A DNA stretch of 61,809 nt from Amoebidium appalachense. Lineage: Eukaryota; Protista; Ichthyosporea. Positions 12,370-22,788 of the stretch are shown here, in pieces (positions within the stretch are counted from its first letter, which is position 1; every line of letters begins with the position of its first letter). Made by a program: the position numbers and the translations under genes. Under the pieces are notes generated by a model that saw only the letters and a list, made by a program, of their open reading frames with translations, was not told the DNA's origin and searched no databases. Where the stretch lies: NCBI GenBank assembly GCA_963693365.1, contig CAVNZM010000026.1:1-61809 (forward strand), given 5' to 3'.

Positions 12370-15001
12370 CTACTTGACGAGTCGCAACAGCACCGTGTAC
12401 CGACCGACCACGAGGTTGTCTTCCAAATCACGCACCTCGACTGACACGGACGTGGCCGCGGTGCGGTGCATGAGCCACATCTGCCCGTGCGAGCTCAGGA
12501 GGTCCGCGCGCACCGTGTGGCCGTCACGCACCAGCACGTACGTCAGGCCCGGGCGGGAGCGGCCGGCGTAGTCGTTGGGGTCGGTGGGCATGGTTTCGGC
12601 AGTGGATGGGTCCGACTGGAGGGCGGGCCGGCACCAACTGACGCCCCTGCCGAAGACGTCATCGATGTTGACATAGAAAAGCATGGTCGCAGGGGCTGGC
12701 CGGGGACACGGAACCATTAAGGCGCTGCCGTCCGTGTAGTAATACCTTCTGGGCGGACGAAACTGCAAGATGCCCACCCTGTCCAGGGCGCTGTTTTCGA
12801 AGTAGCTCCGCCTAATGCTCGCCCAATCCATTTTAGCCGTAACCATCTTCGGGGGTAAAGGGATATCAAAGTCGACGTCATTGAATGATTCATAGATACG
12901 ACATGATAGAACTTTTTTTGTGGGCTCTGATATCCCAAGGGCACGGCAGAGGGGGCCGGTGAATTCTACACGGACTGGTGTTCTGAAATACTCCGGTGAC
13001 ATATAACACAGGTGGCGAAGACGCAACGAATCGTCAGTCCAGAGCAGGGCATTTTCCCAGTTAGGGCGGACGAATATGGTGTAGGTATTCAACTCATCGT
13101 CATCACCTAAGGGTTGATGACCGATTCTCATGTATACCGCCCTTAAATCTTCCACCACTGCATCCATAGGATTAGGCGTGTTAGGCACTGGGTTTTCCTC
13201 TGTGAGAATGTACATCAGCGCGAAATATTCTGGCCCGTAGTTGTCCATCCAAGGCTTCATAATGGGGACTGGGCCGTAGGGGTATTCCGCCATTTCGTCT
13301 TGTAACCTTCCATCATAGACAAGTGGTTCTGGGTAACTGATGTTCTTTTCTCGGCACACACGTGCAAGTTCCAATGGGGATTTCACTTCTAAATAGAAAG
13401 GCATTAGATAGTCGCGTTTGACCTCGGATGGTTCTATCCTGTTATCCACATGTGGATTATGTGGTGATAAACTGACTTCGAATGTATGGACTGTGTATTT
13501 TGACACATCAACAGTAACAAGCGACCCAAACTCATTTGAAGTGTAGTAGTATTGGTCTGTACCATACTGAACCCTGTATATAGTTTGTCGTTCGGAAACT
13601 TCATTCCCGCCACGAAATTTCCAATTGAACCGATATAGTATACTCTCCAAAAGCACGTGTTCGATTGTATAGTTTATGTCAGAGATCCGATCTGTTTCAC
13701 CGTACAGAGGTTGCGTAAAAAGAAGCCCCCTGTGTATTCTGGCAACGACTGTCCTGCTGGCCAACATGCGGTCATCGATGACGATTATTGAATTAGCCTC
13801 TTGTGGCTTTAGTGAAGAATACGGGTCATGCCCACCAGCTTGGAACCACTTAAGCAGCTCAACAGGCATTGATTCCAGAGGGCGGCTTGAGGGGAAGGTT
13901 GTGGTCGCGTGAATTCTAAGTCTCGTGTAACTCGCACAGTCTTTGGTGTCTTGGAAGTCATCTGGTGTATAAAAACAGGCCCTATCGCTTAGTGTACCAT
14001 CCTGCAGATCCGGTTTAATATATGCGCCTGACCCAAAGCCAGCCATTCCCATATTGCCGAACCAGCCCTCATGTAGGATCAAAGGTCCATCCGGTGTTTG
14101 CCTCGGTGGTTGAATATATTCAATCATTTTCTTGTATGTACCAAGAGTTTTGAGAACAGGCCAACCCTGCATGGGCACAAGGCTGTTTGAATATCTGTTC
14201 CATTGTATAATGCGTGGAACAGCCGTCCCATTGATATGAAGATCTTGATACGTAGAGGCTGTAGGATCAAGCTCGGTTGGGCTCAGGTTATGATTGAGAA
14301 ACCCAATGGTTGATGTTCGGTCGTAAATTGGTGGTCTTAAACCAAAACTCTCCAGAATATGATTAGACGACAGATACGTCGCCTGAATCCCAAAATTGAA
14401 ACGTTTGATCATCGTGTCAATGAGATATGCAGCCGTGTAACGACCTTCGGGGATATTCACGCTGACAGTAATATCACGAAAAGGTGGATCGGGATTGGTA
14501 AGAAGTGTGGGTGCATCTCGCACCACACAACTGACAGTGTTGTTCTTTGCCGTCACAACAAAACCCTCCTCCGTGCTCCCGTGCACGGTCACTGACTCTA
14601 CTTGCACCCCCCGAACGCCGTGCACGCGCTGTGCAAGCTGTGTGGTCACCTTGGAATCTGGTGCAGCCATTGAATTGCTCAGGAGCACATACTCGTCCTC
14701 CACTCTACCGCCCGCATCTCGGCTGTATCCACCCATCCCCGCAGACTGCACGTTACCCCCGTCTGCCCCATGCTCACGGCTGCCCGACGTGGAACCCTCC
14801 CTCACGGTCCGCGTCTGCGCCTGCCCGAACTGCACCCCCCACGCCCTGCTTGTTCTGCTGTCTCTGCGCTTTTCCCTGCTCTCCCCCTTCCACAAAGGCC
14901 TTCATCTCGGCGTAGATCTTGGCCCGGGACCCGGAGTACGGGGGCATGCCGGGCGTGCGCGACGCACGCCGCCCGTCGCTGTCTGAACCCCGCGTGGCCA
15001 T
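12370..15001 (-). CDS. Penton/minor capsid-like protein with large insertion; N-terminus probably the frameshifted ORF 14774-15001
   Basis: VRGVQVESV..VVTAKNNTV..VSVNIPEGRYT and a beta-rich C-terminus (SVSVEVRDLEDNLV..YTVLLRL) parallel to 28939-30297. Confidence 0.6.
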
Positions 15002-15026
15002 TAGTGAGTCTCACCATTTTATTGGA

Positions 15027-16469
15027 TCAACCAGCTCCCAGCAGCAGCAGCACGAGCGCCACCGCGATCACCAGGCCCCAGTACGCCGCGGCGTTCGCGT
15101 GCGCCCAGGCGCTTGCCGACCCCAGTGGTGTTGGGGCAGGCTGTGTCGGCACAGGCGGCGCAGGCGGGTTCTGCGAGTCCTTTCCAGCCTCCCCAGGCAC
15201 ACCGGGTACGGCCGGAGCCCCGGGCTCTGAGGGCTTGTTGTCGGGGTTGGTGTTGGTGGTGGTGGCACCCGACTCCTCCTTGCCGATCTGCATGAGGCAC
15301 TGCTGTACCTGCGTGGCCTGGATCTTGGCGTCAGTGTTCTCCGTGACCTCCATGGCCTGGTTGCAGATCTGCACGTTGAGCGCCGTGCACTCCTCGTTCT
15401 CCATGTCGCGCGTCTTGTAGCCCTGCACCTTGCACACGGCGTGGTGGCACTGCACGCTCCAGCCGAACTTCTTCTTGAGTGTGGCGTGGTCCATTCCCGC
15501 CGGCAGCGGCGCAAAGCACCCGCACGTGGGATCATTGACCCCGGCCTCGGTCTTGCAAAAGAACTCGGCATATGCATTCACAGCGCTGTCCTGTGTTGCC
15601 GGGAAAAGGTAGTTCTTGTCCATGCGAGCCTGGTCGTGCAGCGGAACCACCGAATCGTCCCGCCCGCGCGAAAACTCGAGGAGGTCGCGCAGCCGCAGCG
15701 GCCTAGCGGTGTCCCAGTTCTGCTCTCGCTTGTAGTCAAACTTGTACAGCAGGTAGCGGTCGTGCATGCGCAGGAGGCTCACGGGCCGCATGGTGTGGTC
15801 GTTTCCCTTGGCCAGCTCGCCGCGGTACTGGACTCGCAGCTTGGACTGCTGCAGGGACACAAGGTGGCGGTGCGGGGCGCGCAGCCAGTAGTCCGGGTTC
15901 CAGTACTTCTGGTAGTCGTCCCACTTCCAGTCCTGGTTCTTCCTGGAGGCCGAAGGGGCGCACATCTTGTCGCCGGGGTTGTACGTGGGGAAGGCCGGTT
16001 GGTCGCTGAGCGCCACGTAGTCGGCCGGGCACGTGAGCACCTTGAGCCGGGTGGCGTTCTGGCGGGTGCTGGCCGGGCACCCAACGGCCTGTGCGTCCTC
16101 CTGGATGTCTGCCAGGCTGGGGGTGTAGCAGAATCGCGGGTCGTCGTAGATCAGACACACCAGGTCCGAGTCGACGGGGTTGTACTCGGGGTCGCCGTGG
16201 TTTCGCCTGCAGCCGTTGGGGTCCTCTGCGGTTGCACAGGAGGCCCACGACACAAAAGAGACGGCCTTGTACTTCGGAAACGCAGGGTGTGGCAGGGGGA
16301 ACTGGAGCTTGAGCGAGGGCATGCGCCCGCCGTGGTGCGCCCACTCGTTGCCGAACTGCCAGTCCCACAGTTGCTTTCGGTACTCGTCCCAGCGCACGAA
16401 CTTCCACGGGTAGTCCGGGTTCTCCTTGAGGCGCTCGATGTCGTCCTTTCCCCAGGTGATGTTTGCCAT
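15027..16469 (-). CDS. Poxvirus G9/A16-like entry-fusion complex protein
   Basis: FC..DPTCGC..QCHHAVC..GYKT..C..QICNQ..QQC cysteine pattern followed by a Pro linker and C-terminal TM helix. Confidence 0.75.
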   Translation of the reverse strand: MANITWGKDDIERLKENPDYPWKFVRWDEYRKQLWDWQFGNEWAHHGGRMPSLKLQFPLPHPAFPKYKAVSFVSWASCATAEDPNGCRRNHGDPEYNPVDSDLVCLIYDDPRFCYTPSLADIQEDAQAVGCPASTRQNATRLKVLTCPADYVALSDQPAFPTYNPGDKMCAPSASRKNQDWKWDDYQKYWNPDYWLRAPHRHLVSLQQSKLRVQYRGELAKGNDHTMRPVSLLRMHDRYLLYKFDYKREQNWDTARPLRLRDLLEFSRGRDDSVVPLHDQARMDKNYLFPATQDSAVNAYAEFFCKTEAGVNDPTCGCFAPLPAGMDHATLKKKFGWSVQCHHAVCKVQGYKTRDMENEECTALNVQICNQAMEVTENTDAKIQATQVQQCLMQIGKEESGATTTNTNPDNKPSEPGAPAVPGVPGEAGKDSQNPPAPPVPTQPAPTPLGSASAWAHANAAAYWGLVIAVALVLLLLGAG

Positions 16470-17236
16470 CAGTTACCATCGTCCCCATTAATTTGCGGAC
16501 GCCGGGCCTGCAGCCACAGCAGCGCGCGTGCGGCCAGGGCGCCAGCCACGCCGCCAAGCAGGGGCCCCAGGAAGAAGATCCACAGGTGCTTCAGGTCGTG
16601 GCTGTCGCCAAACGTGGCCGCCGCAAGGCTGCGTGCGGGGTTGATGGAGCAGCCGGTGACAGTGACCAACAGCATGTGCATGAGAAACACCACAGACCCG
16701 ATGGCCAGAGGGGAAATGACGGGCGCGACGTCCTCAAGCTTGGGATGCTTGCATGCCAGCGACACCGTAAACACCAAGAACGCCGTGGCGAGCAACTCCA
16801 TGGCCAGGGCCTCGGCCTGGGTGGTCCCGCCGACAAGCCCGTTTGTTCCGAACGAGCCGTGGAGGGCGGGAGGCATGCCGGCCCGCAGCAACGCCGTGCC
16901 CACGATACCTCCGGTAAACTGGGCGGTGAAGTAGAGCGGGAGAAGCACGGGGTCCAGCCAACCGGCGGCAACCATGCCCAGAGTCACCGCCGGGTTGACG
17001 TGGGCACCCGACACGGGGCCCAGCACGGCCACCAGCCCCCCAACAACACCCCCGAACCCGGCGGCCACAGCAAGGACGTCAGCGGCCGATGATGCACCGT
17101 GTGAGGTTTCACCCGTGGCCATGGCGATGCCGATGGCGGTGAAGGTGAGCAGGGCGGTGCCGCAGAACTCGGCGATGAAGGTGGGTGCGTTGTGCAGGAG
17201 GAAGGACTTCACGCTCTGCATGGTTGAGTGTGGCAC
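16469..17236 (-). CDS. Aquaporin (MIP family channel)
   Basis: AEFCGT, SGAHVNPAVT and SINPARS motifs, six hydrophobic helices, LWIFFLGPLLGG; intronless. Confidence 0.97.
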   Translation of the reverse strand: MPHSTMQSVKSFLLHNAPTFIAEFCGTALLTFTAIGIAMATGETSHGASSAADVLAVAAGFGGVVGGLVAVLGPVSGAHVNPAVTLGMVAAGWLDPVLLPLYFTAQFTGGIVGTALLRAGMPPALHGSFGTNGLVGGTTQAEALAMELLATAFLVFTVSLACKHPKLEDVAPVISPLAIGSVVFLMHMLLVTVTGCSINPARSLAAATFGDSHDLKHLWIFFLGPLLGGVAGALAARALLWLQARRPQINGDDGN

Positions 17237-17256
17237 ACATTTTGTGGGGTGGTGGT

Positions 17257-18087
17257 TTATTTGGACTTTTTGAGGATCTCGCGGGGGCGCTCTACCAGCA
17301 TGCCAAGGGAAGTGTGTGGGGGGACCAGGTGGATGATCTCGGTGGCGCTCTCCGTGGTGTTGTACGGCTCGCTTAGGAGCACCACGGAGTCGTACCCACG
17401 GGCCCGGGCCTCATTGATGAGGTCGAAGTCGTAGAAGTCGAAGTAGCCCGTTCCAACAATGGAGCTGTAGTGCGCGCCGCTGCGCATGAGCTCGACGAGT
17501 CTGTCCACCTCGGCCACGTAGTGCTTCTTGTTCTGCGTTTTGGAGAGCACCTGAGACACGAAGTACTGGTCGCCCGGATGGAAGGACTCTTTGGTCAGTC
17601 GGTTGTGGAAGTTCCAGTTTAGCTGCACCAGCGCGTCCAGCTTGGTTTTGGCCACCAGGGGGTTGGCCAGGTTCAGGTACAGGGCGGTGGTGTCTGGGGC
17701 GGCATAGTAAAAGGTGTAGGTGGGGCCATTTGGTGCCTTGCGTACGTCACTGGCCCGTCCGAACCGCATGACCTCCACGTACCCCCTGCTAAACGACTCC
17801 AGTTTGGGAAACGGCCGCGTGGTGCACGTCGTCGAGGGCTCACGGTACAGCTTGTCCCGCCTACAGAATTTTGGCGGGTTTTTAAGAAGGAAGTAAGCGT
17901 TGCGCCTGCGCAGGTCGAATGGGCAGCTGTCGGTCTTGTGCACGGCCTTCATGTAGTGTGGGTTGCAGCGGCTGGCCTTGAGCTTGTCGTAGCTGAAGAC
18001 GCGCTTGCGGGCGCTGCTGTTGAACAGGTGCTTGTACTCGGTGATGGGCCGTAGCGGCCTGCGCTCACGCGTGCTGGGTGCGTCCAT
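17257..18087 (-). CDS. Hypothetical protein (possible ADP-ribosyltransferase-like fold)
   Basis: ATG ORF; C-terminal ARARGYDSVVL..TEIIHL. Confidence 0.65.
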   Translation of the reverse strand: MDAPSTRERRPLRPITEYKHLFNSSARKRVFSYDKLKASRCNPHYMKAVHKTDSCPFDLRRRNAYFLLKNPPKFCRRDKLYREPSTTCTTRPFPKLESFSRGYVEVMRFGRASDVRKAPNGPTYTFYYAAPDTTALYLNLANPLVAKTKLDALVQLNWNFHNRLTKESFHPGDQYFVSQVLSKTQNKKHYVAEVDRLVELMRSGAHYSSIVGTGYFDFYDFDLINEARARGYDSVVLLSEPYNTTESATEIIHLVPPHTSLGMLVERPREILKKSK

Positions 18088-18094
18088 CGTGTTG

Positions 18095-18304
18095 TCAGTT
18101 GGCCTTCTTTTTTTGCTCGGGGGCCACCGCAGCCGCCTTGGCACTGCGCGACCGGAAAATCTCCTCGTACATCTTCTCCATGGACGGCCGCGGGGTCTGC
18201 TCGGTCACCTCCCTGCCGTTGAGCTGCAGGTACGTGATCAGTTGGGCAGTGGAAAGGTGGTCGGCCAGACCCACGTGTGGGGACGTGCGGGCGTGCTTGC
18301 GCAT
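18095..18304 (-). CDS. Small HeH/LEM/SAP-like protein
   Basis: LSTAQLITYLQLNG..TPRPSMEKMYEE fits a helix-extension-helix pattern. Confidence 0.45.
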   Translation of the reverse strand: MRKHARTSPHVGLADHLSTAQLITYLQLNGREVTEQTPRPSMEKMYEEIFRSRSAKAAAVAPEQKKKAN

Positions 18305-18334
18305 GTTCTACAGGAGGGGGAACAATTTACAACT

Positions 18335-18718
18335 TTACTCAAGCACCCGCCCGGGGTTCAGCAGCACCAGGGCCTCCTTGGGCCCGCCCTGGGCCTTGCT
18401 GCCCCGCACGTACCAGCCGTCCACGCCGAACGCCTGGCACAGCGTGCGTGCGCGGCGCTGCTGCACGGCCGTCAGCTTCGTGCGCTGCGAGAGCGCCAGC
18501 AGGAGCTGCTTCTCGGGGCTGGGCTGCCCGAGGTCGGGGAGGAGCAGCGTGATGTCGGTCTTGACGGTGTACTGGACGGCATGGACGCCCCTCTTCGCGA
18601 GGTGCGTGCCGTTGCTGAGGATGCGTGCGCCCTTACGGATAGCGAGGGTGACGTTGCCGTTGAAGTGGCGGGAGTTGCACATCTTGCGGTCGAGACACAA
18701 CCCGTTCGGTGCGGGCAT
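18335..18718 (-). CDS. Hypothetical protein
   Basis: 127-aa ATG ORF preceded by TAAATG; FGVDGWYV..EALVLLNP. Confidence 0.6.
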   Translation of the reverse strand: MPAPNGLCLDRKMCNSRHFNGNVTLAIRKGARILSNGTHLAKRGVHAVQYTVKTDITLLLPDLGQPSPEKQLLLALSQRTKLTAVQQRRARTLCQAFGVDGWYVRGSKAQGGPKEALVLLNPGRVLE

Positions 18719-18803
18719 TTACGAGGGGCTTGCATTATGTGAGGTGCTTTCGGCTTGGCACGCTGCGGCTGTTGGTTTTTGCACTTCAAGGGCTTCCTGG
18801 CGA

Positions 18804-18814
18804 AGGTATAAAAG
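18804..18814 (+). promoter_or_regulatory. AGGTATAAAAG TATA-type promoter (type example)
   Basis: The same motif recurs about 41-52 nt upstream of at least seven ATGs. Confidence 0.75.
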
Positions 18815-18848
18815 GCCAACACACTCCCACAGGAGCTCAGTCTGCAAC

Positions 18849-20009
18849 ATGGCACTCCCTCCACCTTCATCTACTCTGACCTCTACCCTGGGGCCCAAGG
18901 CTGCACTGCTCGGCGAGTTCGCCAAGTTCTGGGACCTGGACGGCGACATCGACGAGCTGGCCATCAACGAGGAGCTGAGCGGGGCCCGTGTGCAGGCGCT
19001 GCTGTTCAACTACAAGAACGAGAAAGCCGGGAAAGTAGCTATCATCGAGCATCTGAAGACCCACGATCATGTCATTGAAGGTATTGACTTCAAGATCGAC
19101 GCCTTGAGGTGGGTTGCTTTCGACTGGTGAAACCTTTTCATGATAAAACGCCTTATGTGTTCTTTAAATTTTAATGATTGGCTGAAATGTTTTTTGACAC
19201 CCACGGGTGTAGAAATTCCGGTGATTCGATTGGGCGTTAGCTTTTTAACGTCGAATGTCTATCTCCATTTCAGGGCACAGGGGCGTGGTCGACCCGTGAC
19301 GGAGATTTTCATGAACCCCAAGACCTTCAAGTTGCTCGTCATGACCGTCCAGACTGCCATCGGACACGAAGTGCGCTACTACTACTGGCGGGTCGAACAG
19401 GCCTTCAAGGTACTGCACCGCCAGAACCGTGCTCAGGTCGAGGCCGCTCTGGCCGAGGCAACCGCGCGTGCCCTTGAGCACGAGACCCACATCATGCAGC
19501 TGTCCAACAACCTGGAGAAGATGGAGCAGTGGTACACGCAGACGGCAGAGCTTCTGGACTCCGCCAACGAGCGCCTGGCAATGCACGAGTGCGACGATGA
19601 CCACCCCCAGCGCATCGTGTCCCTTCCCCCTGGAACAATCCCTGCGGCTCGCTGCATGGAGACCGACTACGGGAGAGAGCTGGCCCGCAAGGTGTTCCAT
19701 GACGCAGCCATAGTGCTGTGGCGCAGCCACGAGGAGTTCGAGCACCGGTTTGACCCGAGCTACTGGAACACGTTCATCAAGTGGCACATGAATGTGGACA
19801 TCGATCAGGGCATGTACCGCTCGCACATCAACGTGTACACCGCCATGTGTAAGGCCGCAAACGTCCTGCATGGGGTGCCCAAGATTACCCACCTGACCTA
19901 CACCCAGCTCTATGATGTGCTGCGCCGCCTGGTGCAGATGCACTGCGACCTGGTGCAGAAGACCGAACTCGAGTTGGTATTCGGTGACCAGATCTACATC
20001 CCTCTTTAG
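18849..20009 (+). CDS. MSV199/AntA-like DNA-binding protein with coiled coil; two exons (18849-19108, 19274-20009)
   Basis: A GT..AG intron at 19109-19273 restores EGIDFKIDALR-AQGRGRPVTEIFMNPKTFKLLVM..T..GHEVRYYY..VE. Confidence 0.8.
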
Positions 20010-20299
20010 AGGGTTCGGGGGGGGGGGTCGTGTTAATTTTTAGCCATTGGCTTGAACCATTTTTGACACCCGTGGGTGTAGAAATTCCGATGATTTGATT
20101 GGTCCGTATTGTCTCACTTCTCAAATAAAGTACCCGTTCAGTTCGTTCAGCAGGTTCAGCAGCATGGCCGCAAACAGCACGAACGTGGCAATCAGTCGCG
20201 CGTACTTGAGCTTGTAGTCAAACGTCCATTGGTCGGGCAGGAGCTTCATGTTGCTTCAGCCCCCTATTTTATTGCCTGGGTTGCCCCGTCCCCACCCCC

Positions 20300-21406
20300 T
20301 TACCCCTCCTTCGTCTCCTTGCCCTGGTTCAACATCTCCGCCAGCCTTCGCTTGCGCGCCTGCATGCGCGTGCGCGTCTCCTGGTCCACGTAGTCGTCGT
20401 CGTCCGAGGTCTCGACGTCCTCGCCGGCCGCCCGGCGTGACTCGCGGTCGGTGACGTAGGCGCCGTAGAGGTCCGTGATGACCCGTGCGTCCTTGTTGAT
20501 GGGATGCGGGAACCCGGCCACCAGCTCCGGCAGCCGCGGCGTGCACTTCTGCACGCGCACGCGCACGTACTGCACGCGGAGCATCTCGTAGCGCGCGAGC
20601 AGCGTCTCGTGGTCGTCCTTGAGCTTGTTGAACTGGATCTCCTTCTGCTGCAGCGCGGCCACGCGGGCGTTGAGGTGGCGGATGTGCTCGACGTAGCGCT
20701 CGCACTCGGGGTTGCTGCGCTTCATCTTCTCCAGTTGGTCCTTGAGCAGCTCGTTCTCGCGCTTGGCCGCGTGCAGCTGGCCCTTGTCCTCCACCGTCTC
20801 CTTGAGCGACTTGTAGTTGGCCCGCAGCTCCACCAGCTCGCGGTTGTTGGTCTCGGCGTTCTGGATGGACTCGCGTGCCTCGCGCAGGTCCAGCATGATC
20901 GCACGGGCGGTGGACTCGTCCACGCCCTTGCGCTGCAGCGTGCTCTGGTCGCCGATGCCCTGCAGGATGTGCACCAACACGTTGGCAATCTCGCGTGTGA
21001 GCGCGCCGTTGCTGCGGTTGGTCCCGTTCAGCTGCTCGCGGAACCGGGACATGTCAATGGGCAACTTCCACACGACCTCCTTCGAGTCCTTGTTTATATT
21101 CCCGTCCTTGTCCAAAGTGGGCATGTCCGAAAACGCCAGCTCCACAGCCATTGTAGCAGTGGAGTTGTCACTGGCAAATGATTGCAGGGCAGTTTCGATG
21201 GCCGGCGGGAGTTTGTTGTAGATGTCGCCTATCACTTTCTGGTGGCTCGAGATGACGGCGTTGTTTTGGTTCAACAGCTTGGCGATCATATCGGTTACAC
21301 TCTTGATGTCCTGTGTTTGCACGATGCCACTCGGCCCTCCACCCCCAAACTTCAATTTCGTGAGGATCTCTATAGCCCTGTTAAGATCATCCTGGCTCAT
21401 GCTCAT
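20300..21406 (-). CDS. Coiled-coil hypothetical protein
   Basis: Long ORF with heptad-rich E/K/L/R central region. Confidence 0.75.
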   Translation of the reverse strand: MSMSQDDLNRAIEILTKLKFGGGGPSGIVQTQDIKSVTDMIAKLLNQNNAVISSHQKVIGDIYNKLPPAIETALQSFASDNSTATMAVELAFSDMPTLDKDGNINKDSKEVVWKLPIDMSRFREQLNGTNRSNGALTREIANVLVHILQGIGDQSTLQRKGVDESTARAIMLDLREARESIQNAETNNRELVELRANYKSLKETVEDKGQLHAAKRENELLKDQLEKMKRSNPECERYVEHIRHLNARVAALQQKEIQFNKLKDDHETLLARYEMLRVQYVRVRVQKCTPRLPELVAGFPHPINKDARVITDLYGAYVTDRESRRAAGEDVETSDDDDYVDQETRTRMQARKRRLAEMLNQGKETKEG

Positions 21407-21469
21407 TTGCTCTTGCCCCACATAATGCAGCTTTGGCCACACCCCACCGCATTATTCCCTTGGTCAACA

Positions 21470-21700
21470 ATGTCCGTGCTCGCCAACGTGATGATGTTTG
21501 TCTTCTGGGCGCTCGCCGTCGGCTCCATGGCCGGGTTCATGAGCCTGTACAGCGCCATGACGAAGGAGAAGTGCGTCGAGGCCGCCGTGAAGAACAGGTA
21601 CGAGGCCTCGAACACTGCCGTGATGGTGGCCCTGGTGGTCACCGTGTTTGCGTACCTCATCTACGGCGTGTACGCGTCGGCCTCCTCCGCGCAGGTATAA
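21470..21700 (+). CDS. Small two-TM membrane protein
   Basis: Two hydrophobic helices in 76 aa. Confidence 0.65.
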   Translation: MSVLANVMMFVFWALAVGSMAGFMSLYSAMTKEKCVEAAVKNRYEASNTAVMVALVVTVFAYLIYGVYASASSAQV

Positions 21701-21737
21701 AGGGAGCTCGTCCGCAATTGTTGCGCCCAGTCTCAGT

Positions 21738-22130
21738 ATGGGTGCCGTCGCCTCGCAGCCCATCGTGTGCGCGCCGGTGCAGACCTTCTTCGTCACCACG
21801 GACGCCGACTGCTCGCCCGTCCTGGTCACCAACCGTCTCATGGGCACGCTGACCGTGGACTCGACCCGCGTGACCGTGTGGGCGTCCACGCGCCCGCTCT
21901 ACTTTCTGCCCACCACGGGCCTCAAGGCCATGCCCCCGGACCAGTACCTGCCGGCGGCCGTGCAGCACGGCTGCGACGCACTGCTGGCGAACCGGCTGGT
22001 GCTGGGGGGCGACCCCGAGTCGCTGGGGCTTGTGCGCCTGGCCGACATGACGCCGCGCGAGTTCAAGCAGTACCGGCCGATCTTCGTGTCCGGCACCGTC
22101 ACCACGTCCGTCACCGTGCCGCAGCTCTAG
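21738..22130 (+). CDS. Hypothetical protein, possible N-myristoylation (MGAVAS)
   Basis: ATG 42 nt after AGGTATAAAG; MGxxxS. Confidence 0.65.
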   Translation: MGAVASQPIVCAPVQTFFVTTDADCSPVLVTNRLMGTLTVDSTRVTVWASTRPLYFLPTTGLKAMPPDQYLPAAVQHGCDALLANRLVLGGDPESLGLVRLADMTPREFKQYRPIFVSGTVTTSVTVPQL

Positions 22131-22788
22131 GCGTCATAGTCTCGCACCACGCCAGGTCCTTGAGGAACAGCCCCATGTTGAAGTACTGCACCAGGCTGTT
22201 GAGGCCCGCCAGGAACGGCCGCCGAAACATCGGGTTGCCGGCCATCCCCGGCACCGGGTGGTTCCAGCGCGACTTGAGCGCCACCTCGAACACCTCGTCC
22301 GCGAGGAACCACTGCATGTTGCGCTTCTCCAGGAAGTCGTACTTGACGCGCAGCGTGCCGTCGCGCACCTCCGTCGACCCCGGCAGAGCCAGCTGGCCTG
22401 CCGACAGCGCCTGGCGCGCAGCCCGGAACCGGTGCGGCAGGTGCGGGTCAAATGGGATCTGCACCATATACGTAATAAAGTAGCGGTTCTGACCGGCCGC
22501 TCCCGCAAACCTGAGCACGTACGCCCGGTCCCGCAGGATGCCCTCGAGCATCGGGCGGGGGATCACAGTGTCCAGTGTCTCCTCGTAGAACTCCATGACC
22601 GTGGTCTCCTCCACGGTCAGGCCCGCCTTGAGCCTCCCGCCAAACACCCCGTACCTCCCGTCACTGTCCTCCTGTCCGAGGAGGAACAGCACGCGGCGGT
22701 CGTGCACGGCGTAGGGCAGCACGCCGGCGCCGATGATGCGACAGTCATCGTCGTGGTAGGGGATGCACATGTCCAGGACTTTCATCAA
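22111..22788 (-). CDS. Nudix hydrolase (viral type)
   Basis: GAGVLPYA..LFLLGQE..FGGR..EETTVMEFYEET Nudix box variant; EKRNMQWF. Confidence 0.85.
   Translation of the reverse strand: MMKVLDMCIPYHDDDCRIIGAGVLPYAVHDRRVLFLLGQEDSDGRYGVFGGRLKAGLTVEETTVMEFYEETLDTVIPRPMLEGILRDRAYVLRFAGAAGQNRYFITYMVQIPFDPHLPHRFRAARQALSAGQLALPGSTEVRDGTLRVKYDFLEKRNMQWFLADEVFEVALKSRWNHPVPGMAGNPMFRRPFLAGLNSLVQYFNMGLFLKDLAWCETMTPRAAAR

Noticed and set aside
15441-16934. 497-aa plus-strand ORF and similar long antisense ORFs (e.g. 28921-30213, 23092-24105)
   Set aside because: Shadows of GC3-rich genes on the opposite strand.
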